Shown: one piece after another, positions 11,701 to 24,597 of the stretch
How positions within the stretch are numbered: position 1 is the first letter of the stretch
Layout: each line of letters starts with the position of its first letter
NCBI GenBank assembly: GCA_003344405.1
Contig: NOWV01000189.1
Coordinates: 124,001 to 151,044, forward strand
Length of the DNA: 27,044 nt
DNA from: Trichoplax sp. H2
Lineage: Eukaryota
Direction of reading: 5' to 3'
Made by a program: the position numbers and the translations under genes
Notes under the pieces: model-generated
Database searches by the model: none
What the model saw: only the letters and a program-made list of their open reading frames with translations
Told to the model about the DNA's origin: nothing

Positions 11701-14700
11701 AAAACATGATTCAGAAGTCCAAAAGGTGATGTATAACATCCATTTTTGTAGATAAAATTTGTGTTCAAAAAGCAATAATTGATACTCCTTCTGAGTTTGC
11801 ATAAAATGGTGTTATAAGTGGTCTTGGGATATTAGCGTATCCTTCTGCTTCCGATTGAATCTAATAGCGGAAAATGGTATTTTTTATGTAGATATTAGAT
11901 CGTAAAAATACTGAAATTGAAGAAGTGAAAGCTCATTTCCGTAGTAAGTTTGCAGATATGGAATCGACTATTAAGCGATTAGAGCGGAAAGGTAAGTCGT
12001 TTCTAAAGCCAGCAGCTGATATTTCTATCGTAATCAAAAATACAGGTTTCCTCAATTTAATTATTAAAAATTAAGGACATATTTTACAGCAAGTTTATTT
12101 TTACCTTCCTGATATGTCCAATCTTTATTGCCATTATAATTTTTTTATTTAACATCTCACCAAATTGAATGCAGTCAGCAAAGTTTTACAAGAGTCCTCT
12201 CAAGCTCTTGAACAACGTGATAAGCAGATCTTAGAGCTAAAATCACTCTCCATACAGACCTCACAAAGCGTCCATAATGATTATGAAAGAAAGTTGCATG
12301 ATACTGTCGCAAAACACGAACAAGAAAAGTTCGATATGCAAAAGAAGAACACAGAGAGCATACAAGACCTACTGGAAGATACTAATAAGAGAATTCAAAA
12401 AATGGAAAATGAATATAAAGCTCAATTGATTCAGCAGGTATATACTTTACAGTTTATTTTCATTTATGTCTCCAATGAACCTAGTCACGTAATAATAGCT
12501 AGTATTCCAAAAATTGAGGCTATTGTGGATTAGAATAAAAACTGTAATTGCAATCACGATTACTTACCTTGCGATGCCGGGAAGGAGACATTAATATTCG
12601 AATTCAACTGTAGACACAATTTAAAGTCTGAATGAATATAGTACCAAATTAATCTATTAACATCATCGTAATAAGTAAACTAAAATTTTTTAAAGAATCT
12701 TAAGAAATTTTAGTTAGAATCCATTACTATACCATTAGCTAATGATTTGCTAGTTTAAGGTCTGAATGGAATTTGTAGCCTATCATTAATTTAATGTATC
12801 ATCTTTCGAAGTTTTGGCTAAATAAATAAGATCATGAGTGAATCAATATAGATTTAGAGTAGATTTATCATCCATCGCAGGTACTCTTTTGGCCAGATAA
12901 TTACCATACTGTGCCGCTTTATCAGTATCGATTTTTATATGGATTTTTTATGATACATGAATATTTTATCCTTACAGAATAACATAAACAAAGAGCTCGA
13001 AGATCGAATTCAACAAGAAAGTCATGAATTGGAAGCTGTCAATGCAGTTCGTCTACGATTATCGTCTGAAAAACTGGATATCGAACAGAAATTTAATGAG
13101 ACTTTCAGTGAATTGCGCCATTATAAGAGTATCTGTGATCGATTAGAGCAAGATCAACGGCGAACCGCCGAAGAACATGAATCAGAGCTGCAGCAAACGC
13201 AGAAGAAATTTGAGTCATTACAGGAATATAAGAAGCAAGAATTTGCCTTAGCAGAAGCGAAGGTTAAAATCTATCTTAAATAGCACTAGTAGTGACAGTA
13301 TTTCTACTTAGTCGCTATCATCGATATAGAATGAATTAAACGGTTTAATTTGCCTGTACTTCCTATGAATTAGGCTACTGAAACGATTACCGGACTTGAA
13401 GATACAATTGATCAATTAAAACAGAGGCTTCAAGACACTGAAAATCGCTATCAGCGAGACTATAAGGTATAGAATTTCCTTGGCTTTTAACAAAGTGTAC
13501 CAGTAGTGTTTCTAACATATATCAGCTTTTTAATATACTTTTGGATAGAAACTGAGCTTTAGTGGAATAGAAAAAAAGCTAATGAAATGTTTGATGTGTT
13601 CCATGATTATATTTTAGGAATTGCAGATAAAATATCAGAATGACAAGTCCCATACTGAGCAAGTTTATGAAAGCAAGGTCAGAAATGATTGGCAAGATTG
13701 TCCCTGCTTGGAATATTCGTAATCGGCAGAAATCTTTCAGTTTATAATGATTGAATTAGTAATACAATAATAGAATCGATCGCTAGATCTTGGGCTTTCC
13801 TGAACTAGTTACAGCCTGATGATTCAATCGGAAATATTATCATGGATGTTCATTTCTTATATACTTATGTGATCATTAACAATGGCGATCCGATTACACT
13901 GATTGTGTAGAATTTAGGAGGATATAATGCATGAAATAAAACTATAGGTCAAGTAAAGTAATTTAATATCCTATCTTAGATCCAAACCATGCAAAATCAA
14001 ATTGAACAACAGCGTATTGATGCTCAAAAGAATTATCAGAAGCTAGAAGGAGATATAAGGTTATAGCATAAATTTATAAATCTGTTACAATTTTAAAGTT
14101 TACCCAAAGTTATCTACTTTGTGTAGCGGACTAAGCTAAAATTGATCAAAGTATTAAAATTATTTTAAAATTGATGCGACTATCCAAAACAGGGAACGTG
14201 AAGAGCAATTAAAGAGATTATCTGAACAACAACGCATGCAAACAGAAGAAGCAGAAAGAACTTTGGAAGAATTTAAAATTCAAATGGAAAATCATTCTGA
14301 ACAAATCTTTGATGAAATGAAGAAACAGGTTTATTTCCATGCAATTACCAAAGAATTTACTGACTCCAAAATCTAGCTTGTTACTATCTGATTTGCAAAT
14401 TGCTTAGGATCTTTAACTAGGATATCTATATAGCAATTAATGACCTTGAGTACATTTCAACATAAGTGATTTATTTGGATTCCATTTGAACCTGTTGTTA
14501 TCACATTCTAGGCTGAATTCTAATTTTTATTAAAGGACATTCATAGTCTAATGATTAGAATTCCTAATACTGTTCTAGTTTTAAAAAGTATTACTAACCG
14601 ATGATTCATACTTAAATTAAATTAAAAAATTGAATACTTAGAATGATCATTCGTGCTATTAATACACCATTTGTAGATGGCTACAGTTGAACAAGATCTT

Positions 14701-17526
14701 GAACGTTCCAAATTAGCCCGAGAAAAGCAAAAGGAAGAATATAAGAAACAATTAGAAGAAAGAAGAAGAAGATATGAGACTGAAGTACACTCCTAACACT
14801 AATTTATGCTATTTTATAGATACAAATATTAGTTATCAGACTTTACAGAAAACTAAATAAAGTCTAAATTTCCATTTTCTATCTTGTAAGATGGCAGAAC
14901 TGAGGGCCAGCTGCGAACAAGATAAGCTACAACTTATGCGAGAAGGTCATAAAGAAAAAGATAAACTTATGCGCGAAATGGAACGTGAAAAGGTAATTAT
15001 TATTTTATGTTGTTGTAGTGGATTATTGTACTCCATTAATGGCGCTATCGGAAAAGAAACAGTCCAAAACTTCATCATAATAATATGAGTGAAATTACCT
15101 GCTGATAAATGTATCACTACATTATAAATTATAACAATTTTTAATTTAATTATTAATAGGAAGTCATCGCTGAAAAATTCCGGAAAGCTCTGTCAGAGCA
15201 AGAAGCGAAAGCTGCAGACTGTGCATCAAGAGATAGTAAAGTTAGTAATCAGTATATCTTTCTATTTTTCAGAATTGGACGTTTATTCATAATTTGACTA
15301 CGAAAAAATGTTATAGACGATTAACGATTTGGAAAAGCAAGTCAGTAAACTTCGCGAGAATTTAATACAAGCGAATTCAGCTCACAAGGCGCAACTTGTC
15401 GAATTGGGATTACTGCGAGAAGATGAGAAACAGGCTGCTATTCGAGCCCAAGAAGCAGCCACTAACAAGTTGCAGTCGCAAATGGAACAAGAAAAGTTAA
15501 AGCTACAACAAGATCATAGCAATGAAATGGAGAAATTATTACAAAATACTAATAATAGACTTAACCAAATTGACACAGAATACAAGGATCAAACTAGGAT
15601 TGCCACTGAAGTAAAGAGAAAACAATTTTAAATACTCTTAGATCACTTTTGTCTATAATTTTATTTGCACGAGGCAGATTTCTGTCGAAAGAGAATGTCA
15701 CATTGTTAATATGACTCGATGTCAACTCATTAAATATTTTTATCTGTAACCCATTTCAAAATTAATTTCCATATTATAGAAAATAGAAATGTTGCAAAAT
15801 CAAGCTTATGCATGGAAAGAAGAAAATTCAAAGTAAAATTATTAATCTTTTAAATAAGTTTTCTAGTAATCCAGTTGCCTATTTATTGTAGTTTGGCTAT
15901 TGAAAAATANNNNNNNNNNNNNNNNNNNNGCGCAACTTGTCGAATTGGGATTACTGCGAGAAGATGAGAAACAGGCTGCTATTCGAGCCCAAGAAGCAGC
16001 CACTAACAAGTTGCAGTCGCAAATGGAACAAGAAAAGTTAAAGCTACAACAAGATCATAGCAATGAAATGGAGAAATTATTACAAAATACTAATAATAGA
16101 CTTAACCAAATTGACACAGAATACAAGGATCAANNNNNNNNNNNNNNNNNNNNATAATTTTATTGTATATACGAGTCTGTTATGCTACTAAAAACTTCAG
16201 TACCTTTGGTAGTAAACATTCTTTCATTAAACAATCTAAGGAATCACATGTCTGACCAAATAAAACCGCAGTTTCTTCGCCATGAGTATTACTTTTGACC
16301 GGTTTTAAAGTAATTAGGGCATGATCAATTGGGAGAATATTAAGGCACCCATAAACGCTATCGTTAACGTAGTATAACACTTTCTAAAAGTAGTTATTTA
16401 AAAAAAAGTGTTAAATAGAACCATCGATTTTAATAAATTGCGCTAATATTATAGAAAATAGAAATGTTGCAAAATCAAGCTTATGCATGGAAAGAAGAAA
16501 ATTCAAAGTAAAATTATTAATCTTTTAAATAAGTTTTCTAGTAATCCAGTTGCCTATTTATTGTAGTTTGGCTATTGAAAAATACTAAAGTAAACACTTT
16601 TAATCTGGATTAGTCTACAAAATGAACACAATAAGCAACTAGCCGAAATTTATGGTAATAATCAAAAAGATATCGAAGATGTTAAAAAGCGCCACTCTGC
16701 TATTGTCAAGGTCAGTTATGAGTTCTTATAATTTATTTATTACAAAGGAAGACATGCAAGAAGTGTAATATTAGACACTATTACAGTTTTGGATGGTTAA
16801 TTAATCTGACTATTCTCTAACAGCGGTTCTTTATGATATCTACTTAATTTCAGTCACTTAAAGATGAAATTAATAACCAGAAATCTAATATACAACTACT
16901 TGAGAAGCAGTCATTACAGAAAGAACGAGAATTTAAAGAAAAGGTAAGGAAGAATTAGCCTAATTAAACAGTATATCTTATTTCTGTTGCAATTTTTCCA
17001 TATTTTACAGTTTTACATGTACTAAACTACAATGTGTTTTACTATGAACTATATTACGATCGAAATAGAGTAAATTAATACACGGAGAAAGAACATACAG
17101 ATTTTGACGTATTCTGCCAACTGGTTAACTCTTCATGTTATTAGATATCCAGGCTACAATTACAATATGAGGATAGGATCAAGGACATGATATCGGCAGA
17201 AATGAAAGAGGTAAACGACGTGCATTGCATATTTAATATCAAGATTTTAACACAATGAATCCGATTTTCTGCAATAGCTCAGCATTAACTTACAGTTAGA
17301 CTAATAGCTCTCTTAACAGTCAATATCGTAGATATTTGATACGATTTTAAAAGCGGTTAAAATCTTACAGGAATTAGAAGATACAATCCGTTCATTGAAA
17401 TCTCAAGTCAATATGCTACAACAAAAAACTACTATTCTTCAAGACGAACTGACTATCAAAACCTACACTGCTCCACTCAAATTAGACACATCACTAGCAT
17501 CTTTATCTAATTCGCCTAGGCAGTAG
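8765..17526 (+). CDS. CEP112: Centrosomal protein of 112 kDa (CCDC46): N-terminal DUF4485 plus long coiled coil, ~966 aa. Exons: 8765-8909, 9126-9192, 9835-9952, 10057-10113, 10191-10236, 10342-10369, 10557-10636, 10743-10792, 10870-10935, 11047-11086, 11462-11514, 11639-11725, 11892-11991, 12175-12437, 12978-13262, 13374-13466, 13618-13677, 13980-14059, 14193-14328, 14677-14784, 14891-14992, 15160-15240, 15317-15610, 15780-15832 (or the identical copy 16455-16507), 16614-16710, 16854-16943, 17145-17210, 17371-17526
   Basis: The spliced translation gives ERQRVAQWIKKLCE...GRKNRNLYAQLLLHMLQRGILEGPF...LPSYMSIYFEDP, PDWVIDEL, KYHEEKLKLQQKHDSEVQKILDRKNTEIEE and C-terminal ELEDTIRSLKSQVNMLQQK, all matching my recollection of CEP112. 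GT-AG joins give one open frame of 2901 nt. The small exons 6-10 are the least certain. Confidence 0.92.
15930..16133 (+). repeat. Gap-bounded mini-contig duplicating part of CEP112 exon 23 (15389-15592)
   Basis: Apparently identical sequence between two 20-N gaps; most likely an assembly artefact. Confidence 0.85.
16204..16383 (-). CDS. Isolated intact exon (exon-14 equivalent) of a second ODC-family paralog (ODC-B), lying antisense within the CEP112 span
   Basis: 180 bp bounded by AG and GT, same length and phase as ODC-A exon 20886-20707. Translation KVLYYVNDSVYGCLNILPIDHAL...FGQTCDSLD...LPK is 40/60 identical to ODC-A. Confidence 0.85.
16446..16584 (+). repeat. Second copy of CEP112 exon 24 and following intron (first copy 15771-15909)
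   Basis: Identical from atattatagAAAATAGAAATG onward. The upstream flanks differ: CEP112 intron 23 in the first copy, sequence next to the ODC-B exon in the second. Confidence 0.9.
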
Positions 17527-18351
17527 TCATCTATTATTTTAGGTCACTTCGTAGAAGCTTAATAGGTAATTTTTGACAATATTTCAAGATGTAAGCAAGG
17601 CCTTTGATTGTAATGTTACTATAAATTTAATCTATTCTAAGCCAATAATTTACCATGTCCATCATCGATCTGAGTTGATACTGCACTCTTAAAGCTTCTA
17701 ACATGAAAAGTACAAATACACGAATTATGGATATTGCGTCGACTTTGTGGTCAGTAAATATCAAGGAGGCAACTTTCCCATTATGTCTTAATTTATTTCC
17801 AAGTTGTTCATACCACTATAGTAAAATTGACATTATACAGCTGTCTACAGTTTTATGCCTTGATTTGAACTATCTATACGAATTTTATGATCCGATGATC
17901 ATCCATCTGCTTAGTCTCGGCCGTAATGGCCTATAATCATTTCAACTATCACTGTATAAATAATTATAATTATTCGAATTATCCGAAACCTTTCTTTGCT
18001 AAATCGTGTAATTATTGACTATTTTTTAATTAATTTTTGATTAGGCAGTCATATTTCTAAATGTTTCTTGATCTAATCTTCTATTAGACGATAAAGATGG
18101 TAAAAATTTTTCATTAATTTTGGAATTTTACTCCATTTTAAAGTGCTAATTCTATAAAACTATCAACTTAGATTAATATTAAGAATCTTAATGGTATTGT
18201 TCGAAGCCCATGAAGCTATTATTATAAGCTTCTCATGGCCGTAAATAAAGAAGTAAATAAAAGTATCAACGTATTACTACAATCGCATATAACATATTGA
18301 TTTAGTTTAACTATGAGAAAAGAACTTCTATATCTGTGATGATGATAGTAT

Positions 18352-20351
18352 ATCTTTATCAGATTTACAAAATATACGATATCCACAGGCTAAAATCACA
18401 GAAAATTGATTATGATTTGAATGTTTTCTAAATTATCTGCGTAAGTAAACTACAATTAAAAATTCATCGTACTTATAAGAATTTACCGCTAGTGCAAGTT
18501 AGAAAACTTTTATTGTAATCACCTCAACTTTATATTAACAGAAACGAACATATGAGCTACAATATTATCTAATTTTTGATAGTGTTTGTTATGATTGACA
18601 TTAACGGCAGTAATATGGTATTATTGTTATGGAAATCTATGGTATCTTTGTACATATGGTGCGATTCAGGGTTTATCATTTAGAAATGCCTAGTTATCAG
18701 TACAGGTGCTACGTATATAAGTGTTGACATTTTGAATAAAAAAGTGAGTTATTATTCCTTAGTAAAGGATAAAGTTGTCCGAGTGATTTTATTTTATTAG
18801 CAGTTACAGTGATTAAACATAACAATTGGTGGCAGCGCTTATAGACCTAACGCTTTGAAAATGCCTCATTCAACCAAATCTGGTAGGAAAACTCTGTGAG
18901 TACAGGAAATACGTATATCAGTACAGACGCTACGTATATAAGTGTTAGTATTCTAAATAAAGAAGTTAGTTATTGTTCCTTAGCAAAGGTTAAAGTTGTC
19001 CTTGTGGTTTTAATTTGTTAGCAGTTTTCAATGATTAAACATAACAGCATTACACTCCGATCATAATTATCAATGAATTCCGAAGCTATTTTGTATTTGT
19101 ATCGTATTAGATCAAGTATGCATAGTAGAATACAAAAAGGAATGGATAGTCGTACCATGCTATGCCCACAGGCGAGAGTATCACTAGCACTAAACATACA
19201 GTACATTTTAATGATTGGTAATTAAAGTAATTTATTCATTTCAATTTCTTCACAATTAGATATTACGCTATTCTTGCTTACATATAGTATTGTGAATTAA
19301 GACAATGAATTAGACACCTTAATTACATGTTTTCTAATGAATTAGCTCATATTGTAAAAATCAAAAGGTATATCAATCTTCCCTTGAATTTCATTCCTAG
19401 AAAATAAAATGTATATTTCATTAGTAGTAATTGACGTTTAGTCATTGCTTACTGTCTGGTAACCGAAAAATTATAATTTTTACCAAAATTCTTCTTGAAT
19501 ATAATAGAAGCATTTTGGTTTCTTGAATGAATTAAATTCGGTGGCCAGAACTAGTGAATAAGCTCCAANNNNNNNNNNNNNNNNNNNNATCTTAAAAATT
19601 TATCAGATTTACAAAAGATACGGTATCCACAGGCTAAAATCACAGAAAATTGATAATGATTTGAATGTTTTCTAAATTATCTGCGTAAGTAAACTACAAT
19701 TAAAAATTCATCGTACTTATAAGAACATTTACCGCTAGTGAAAGTTAGAAAACTTTTATTATAATCACCCTCAACTTTATATTAACAGAAAGGGACATAT
19801 GAGCTACAATATTATCTAATTTCTGATAGTAATTGCACTCCGATCATAATTATCAATGAATTCCGAAGCTATTTTGTATTTGTATCGTATTAGATCAAGT
19901 ATGCATAGTAGAACACAAAAAGGAATGGATAGTCATACCATGCTATGCCCACAGGCGAGAGTATCACTAGCACTAAACATACAGTGCATTTTAATGATTG
20001 GTAATTAAAGTAATTTATTCATTTCAATTTCTTCACAAGTAGATATTACGCTATTCTTGCTTACATATAGTATTGTGAATTAAGACAATGAATTAGACAC
20101 CTTAATTACATGTTTTCTAATGAATTAGCTCATGTTATAAAAATCAAAAGGTAGATCAATCTTCCCTTGAATTTCATTCCTAGAAAACATAATGTATATT
20201 TCATTAGTAGTAATTAACGTTTAGTCATTGCTTACTGTCTGGTAACCCCAAAATTATAATTTTTACCAAAATTCTTCTTGAATATAATAGAAGCATTTTG
20301 GTTTCTTGAATGAATTAAATTCGGTGGCCAGAACTAGTGAATAAGCTCCAA
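18352..20351. repeat. Near-identical duplicate flanking a gap: 18352-19568 vs 19589-20351, including a second copy of the last two ODC-A exons (19343-19568)
   Basis: Collinear high identity on both sides of the N-run 19569-19588. The copies differ by SNPs (C-terminus IDIPFDFYNMS vs IDLPFDFYNMS) and a ~464-bp indel. Confidence 0.9.
18697..19046. repeat. Pair of diverged ~130-bp direct repeats (18697-18825, 18918-19046)
   Basis: The pattern tcagtacag..gctacgtatataagtgtt...ttccttag.aaagg.taaagttgtcc...ttagcagtt...tgattaaacataaca is present twice. Confidence 0.85.
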
Positions 20352-23300
20352 CTTCTGTGATTTCAATTGGGTAGTGCATGTAGGTAGATGAGAGGAGAAA
20401 ACAAAATAAAATGAAAATTAACATGGACTAGTAGTCATACTGTACAGTATGCAAAGTAGACTCGACAAATCTCATGCCCATGTTGTAGCACATAATTTTA
20501 ATTGAATAAGGTTTAACTGAATTTTTTACCTTCGAAATATATCCAGTCACCAGCATTAAGCTAAATTTATAATTTGGAATTAAAAATAAAAATCAATAAT
20601 ATTAAATTGGTCCGAATACTCTTGTAATATTCTCTTTCAAGCTTGATCTAGAAGCATTATTTTATGTGGAATATAAATCTATTTTTATCATCAAAGATTT
20701 AAGCACCTTTGGCAAGGAACATTCATTTAACAGAAGATCTAAAGAATCACACGTTTGACCAAATAAAACTGCATTCGTTGTACCATCCGTATTCTTCTTG
20801 ACCGGCTTCAAAATGATCAGGGTAGGATCAAGAGTCATGAAGTAAATACTGCCATATACGCTCTCATTAACGTAATACAACACTTTCTAAAGATACAAAA
20901 AAGACATTTAATGTCGCAATTATTACAAAATAAGTATAAAATGATCATCTGAACATGGATAAAAAATGTTAATTTTAGCAAGCAATCATAAATTTCCTTT
21001 GACATAAAGATTACCTCGATATCGCTTGTATTTTCATACAGATGAGCATTTTCTATTTCGAGCAAGTTTAGAAATTATATTTGATTTAATTGTATGATAA
21101 TTAATATATCAAATAGCACAAGTATCCATTTCATTTATTGTTGGAAGCTGTAGTTCATACCATGCTCCAAGTCAAATGGATCATTGTTTCCCTTTCGAAC
21201 AACTCTTTTGCCAATTATATTCAGAACTATAGTATATGCTCTGGTGGGAAAGAAACGTCCTAAAAAACATACATATAAGAACATCATGTACAGTATTAGA
21301 AGTTATATAGATAAAACTATTATAAAACAAACAGTAATCATAGTCGCTTTATCTAGAGCTACCAAAAGCTACCGTGCGTCACTAGAATACTATCATTTAG
21401 TAATTATAAGTAATTTACTACGACTATGTTTATCTAGATATGTCATCGTTAATTGATACATCTATCAATCGATCACAAAATCGTATTCGTTAAATAATGA
21501 AAAGGAGAACAGCGCACTTAATCCCAAAAATATGTAACGCATTATATTCGTATGTCATGTCTTACCATGTACATATTAGCGTAACTTATTGAACTAGAAT
21601 GTTATCTCTAAAAATTCTACATTTTCTATGTTATGCATTAACAACCTGGCTCTGCAATAATTCTAACACCCGATTCGGGAGGAAAATGTTCCTGTAATGC
21701 TTTACTAATAGTTACAGCGGCCTAAAATTGGGTAAACATGTTTCATTATTGCGTTTGTAAAAATACTGTGTAACTAGTACACGCTATTCATATTTTCTAT
21801 TATTTTCATTTCTTGTAACAATATAAAGAAGTATCTCAATAATATTACTAAGTATTGATAACTAACTTTTTCAAATGTCATTTCTAGAGTTGAAAAAGCA
21901 GTGTAACCTCCACCAATATCGAGTTCTTTAAAATGATAACCAAACTTCTCCTGAACATTTAATTTTTCGTAAAAACACACGTTAAAAGATAATACTCTCG
22001 TTTTCTGCTATGTTAAAGAAAAAGCGCGAATTTGATTAAGGAGATGTGTATTAACTAACTGCTAGTTTAAAAATTTTTTTGGATGCTATTATTGCTTTTT
22101 CATAGCCAATTGGATTAAGGCAATCGCTTCCTACATGAAAACTAAGTAACAATAATCACTTTAAGTTGAAACATTAATGCAAGCCACCTTATCTACTGTA
22201 ATAATTGTAATCACTGCTCTTACTCACCTTACGCCCATAACGTCTAATGATAAAGATCGAGCTACTTTTAATAAATGGGCTACATCACGTTCAGGTGCTC
22301 CAAATTTTATACCAAGCTAATTTTATATCATAATACGCAGTTTTTAGCAAGCAAAAATTGATCCATGCTTACGGCTATCTCTTTCGTTAAGGTTATTATC
22401 CGAAATAGTAGAAGATTTTCATTAGAATGTTGTATATTAAGTACCTGAAATCTACTTTCGCATGATTTCATATCAGGGCAAATTCTTAATGCCAGCCTGC
22501 GATGAATTAATGTTTGATAGTGTTTACTGAAGACGTTTACGGTAACACATATTGCGTCTAGCAAATTACTATTGCAAATTTATTACAATTGTCAGCGTGA
22601 TAGACGTAAGCTATAGAAAATTAAGCATGAGTTTTAACAATAGATTATCGTTGAAATTTTATTGGTTTTACTTACTTAGCATTTGGATGATATTTTTTGA
22701 TTTTATGCAATTCGTCTTCATTATCAAACACTGTATGATTTATATTGTTCTCCTTTGCAAATCTGACAAATCATAAAGTATGCTATGAAGCCTAATACCG
22801 CTTTGAGTATTATAAAGAACATGATTTTCATAGTTTTCTAACGTTTCAACGAGCCTAAAGAAGTCTGGATATCTTACTGTATAATTCTGACAGAAATTTA
22901 GCTTCAATTTATGTTTCACTTATTACCTTAGATGTGATACAGCCTTGATAGTATTGGCGTATATAATTCTATCCGGATGAACTCCCGCATCGAGGATTAA
23001 TTGCATTTCACCCTAAGCAGAATAGAAATTAAGAATATGTCCATATAACGTACTGTAATTTCATCATGTACCATAATCAATAGAAGAAGTTGGTCCTGAA
23101 AATGTACTTGTAATTCTATAGCAGAACTATTAGCGCAATAGATTGTGTTATAAATTTGCTAGTTAAAACCGTAAGTACGCGTATAATAAACATATTCGTC
23201 AACTTGATCATAGATTAACTATTAGCCGACGGTTATGCAGTTTATGAACCTACCATGCTTGCACAGTCAAAATTAACTCCCAAGTTAATTAAGATACGTA

Positions 23301-24248
23301 GTAAGACTGGATCGTTATTGCATTTGACAGCTGGAAAAGGATCCAATTGGAGATAGGTAAAGATAAGATTAGCACGCTCGTTAGTGACAATAAGTTTATT
23401 CACTTGATTTACATTACTGGTAGAATCAATTGTCGCTCTATTTGTATCTTTAAACATGCTTCGTCAAGTCTACCTACCATAGAAGGGTTCAACATTAGGC
23501 AATCGCATTTTCCACTGATTATTATTTTAACCATTGCCGAGGATATAATGAGTATAATATTATCAAATGTTAATAAGAAAAATCACTACTTTGACTATCT
23601 ATTTATATACTATCTCTTACTTGAATGTTACTGCTAATTAATTTTATCGTATCTAGGCAAATATTGACCCAAAATATTCTTACCTCACGATATCGTTCTA
23701 TTATATTGCCGATGTTAACTAACATGAATGAATCGTCCTTAAACTAATAGAAGCATTTTCATTAAAGGGTGGAGTAAATATAAATATTGTGAGCACAAGT
23801 AGATTCACAATAAAAGTAGGAATTATATAAGACGCGAAAATGTTGTTCTTCTTTTGATAACAGGAGTAATGATGATTGTAGAAAAATATAATTCAAAAAC
23901 ATTTTTAAACCTAGATGCGAAAAAGTTGTTCTTCTCTTGACAAGAGTAATGATGATGGTAAAAAATAAGGAAAAAATTGAAATATCTCTAATAATAATAA
24001 CAATTTTGAATGGATGAAGGATGTCTGCAAAACGCAGCGATTAATTCATAGCAACAATTCACTTTTATGATAGTGCTCTTCATTTGGAATATGAAATGAT
24101 TTTCCGTACGAGTTAATTGAACATGAAATCTAGTACATTGATACTATCAGGTCAATTATGATAAGTTTACTTGTTGGTCCATCGCTGTCGTTTTCTTTTC
24201 AATGAGTTCCTGTAGGGATAGATTAGGTACGATTTCCACACGTTCCAT
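20125..24248 (-). CDS. ODC1: Ornithine decarboxylase-family enzyme (fold-type III PLP decarboxylase), ODC-A, ~432 aa. Exons: 24248-24171, 23743-23684, 23514-23478, 23330-23254, 23012-22927, 22762-22676, 22496-22445, 22316-22228, 22141-22060, 21950-21867, 21721-21646, 21259-21161, 21052-21015, 20886-20707, 20560-20530, 20354-20267, 20179-20125
   Basis: The spliced 1299-nt ORF contains PFYAVKCN (PLP lysine), FDCAS, IIYAN, LRI, KFGA, FHVGS, DIGGG, IIAEPGRFF, FGQTCDSLD (catalytic Cys), GDWIYF and GAY. All introns are GT-AG and in phase. The start codon is uncertain because an acceptor at 24296 implies an upstream exon. Exact substrate and orthology are uncertain. Confidence 0.92.
23830..23968. 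repeat. Direct repeat pair (~60 bp) in ODC-A intron 1
   Basis: agacgcgaaaatgttgttcttcttttga...gagtaatgatgattgta vs agatgcgaaaaagttgttcttctcttga...gagtaatgatgatggta. Confidence 0.8.
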
Positions 24249-24597
24249 CCTGATGGCGTTATTGAATTGAATAGACGAGCTACACGTGTCAAAGTCTACG
24301 AAAAGATGGATTGATAGTGTGTCAATTGAAGAGAAATAAATATTCACGACCTTAATGGACTGTATGCTATTCACGACTATTCTTCTCCTTCAATTCATTA
24401 AGATCAAGGTTACAATCTTTAGTAGAATTACTGTATGATTAAGTCAGCGTAGGATTACTATACAAGTCATGCCTATAATTTTAAAGTTAATGTTGAGACT
24501 GGACGACGTTTGAAAGTGAATCCGTCAGCCACTAAGGCCACTTGCAAAGAGTAGAAAATCGACGATATTGCGGAATTCTATGCAACTATCTGGTTAT

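Noticed and set aside
15900..16157. Tandem duplicated or mutually exclusive CEP112 exon 23
   Set aside because: An identical partial copy bounded by N-gaps on both sides with no splice sites; most likely an assembly artefact.
16567..16589. Possible CEP112 micro-exon after ttgtag
   Set aside because: It introduces an in-frame TAA. The acceptor at 16613 preserves the frame.
20436..20451. 16-bp perfect palindrome CATACTGTACAGTATG in an ODC-A intron
   Set aside because: Built from the common actgt/acagt pentamer, with no supporting context.
23320..23350. Apparent non-canonical PLP motif PFPAVKC in the ORF track
   Set aside because: Intron read-through. Correct splicing from exon 23514-23478 gives canonical PFYAVKC.
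708..23637. Short ORFs 708-905, 4573-4767, 4838-5026, 10990-11193, 17703-17936, 19018-19206, 21184-21456, 22552-22776 and 23347-23637
   Set aside because: They are antisense shadows of real exons, repeat translations, or AT-rich non-coding read-through with no recognisable motifs.
20125..24248. Antizyme inhibitor (catalytically dead ODC homolog)
   Set aside because: The PLP lysine motif, FHVGS, GGG, EPGR, TCD and GAY are all retained.
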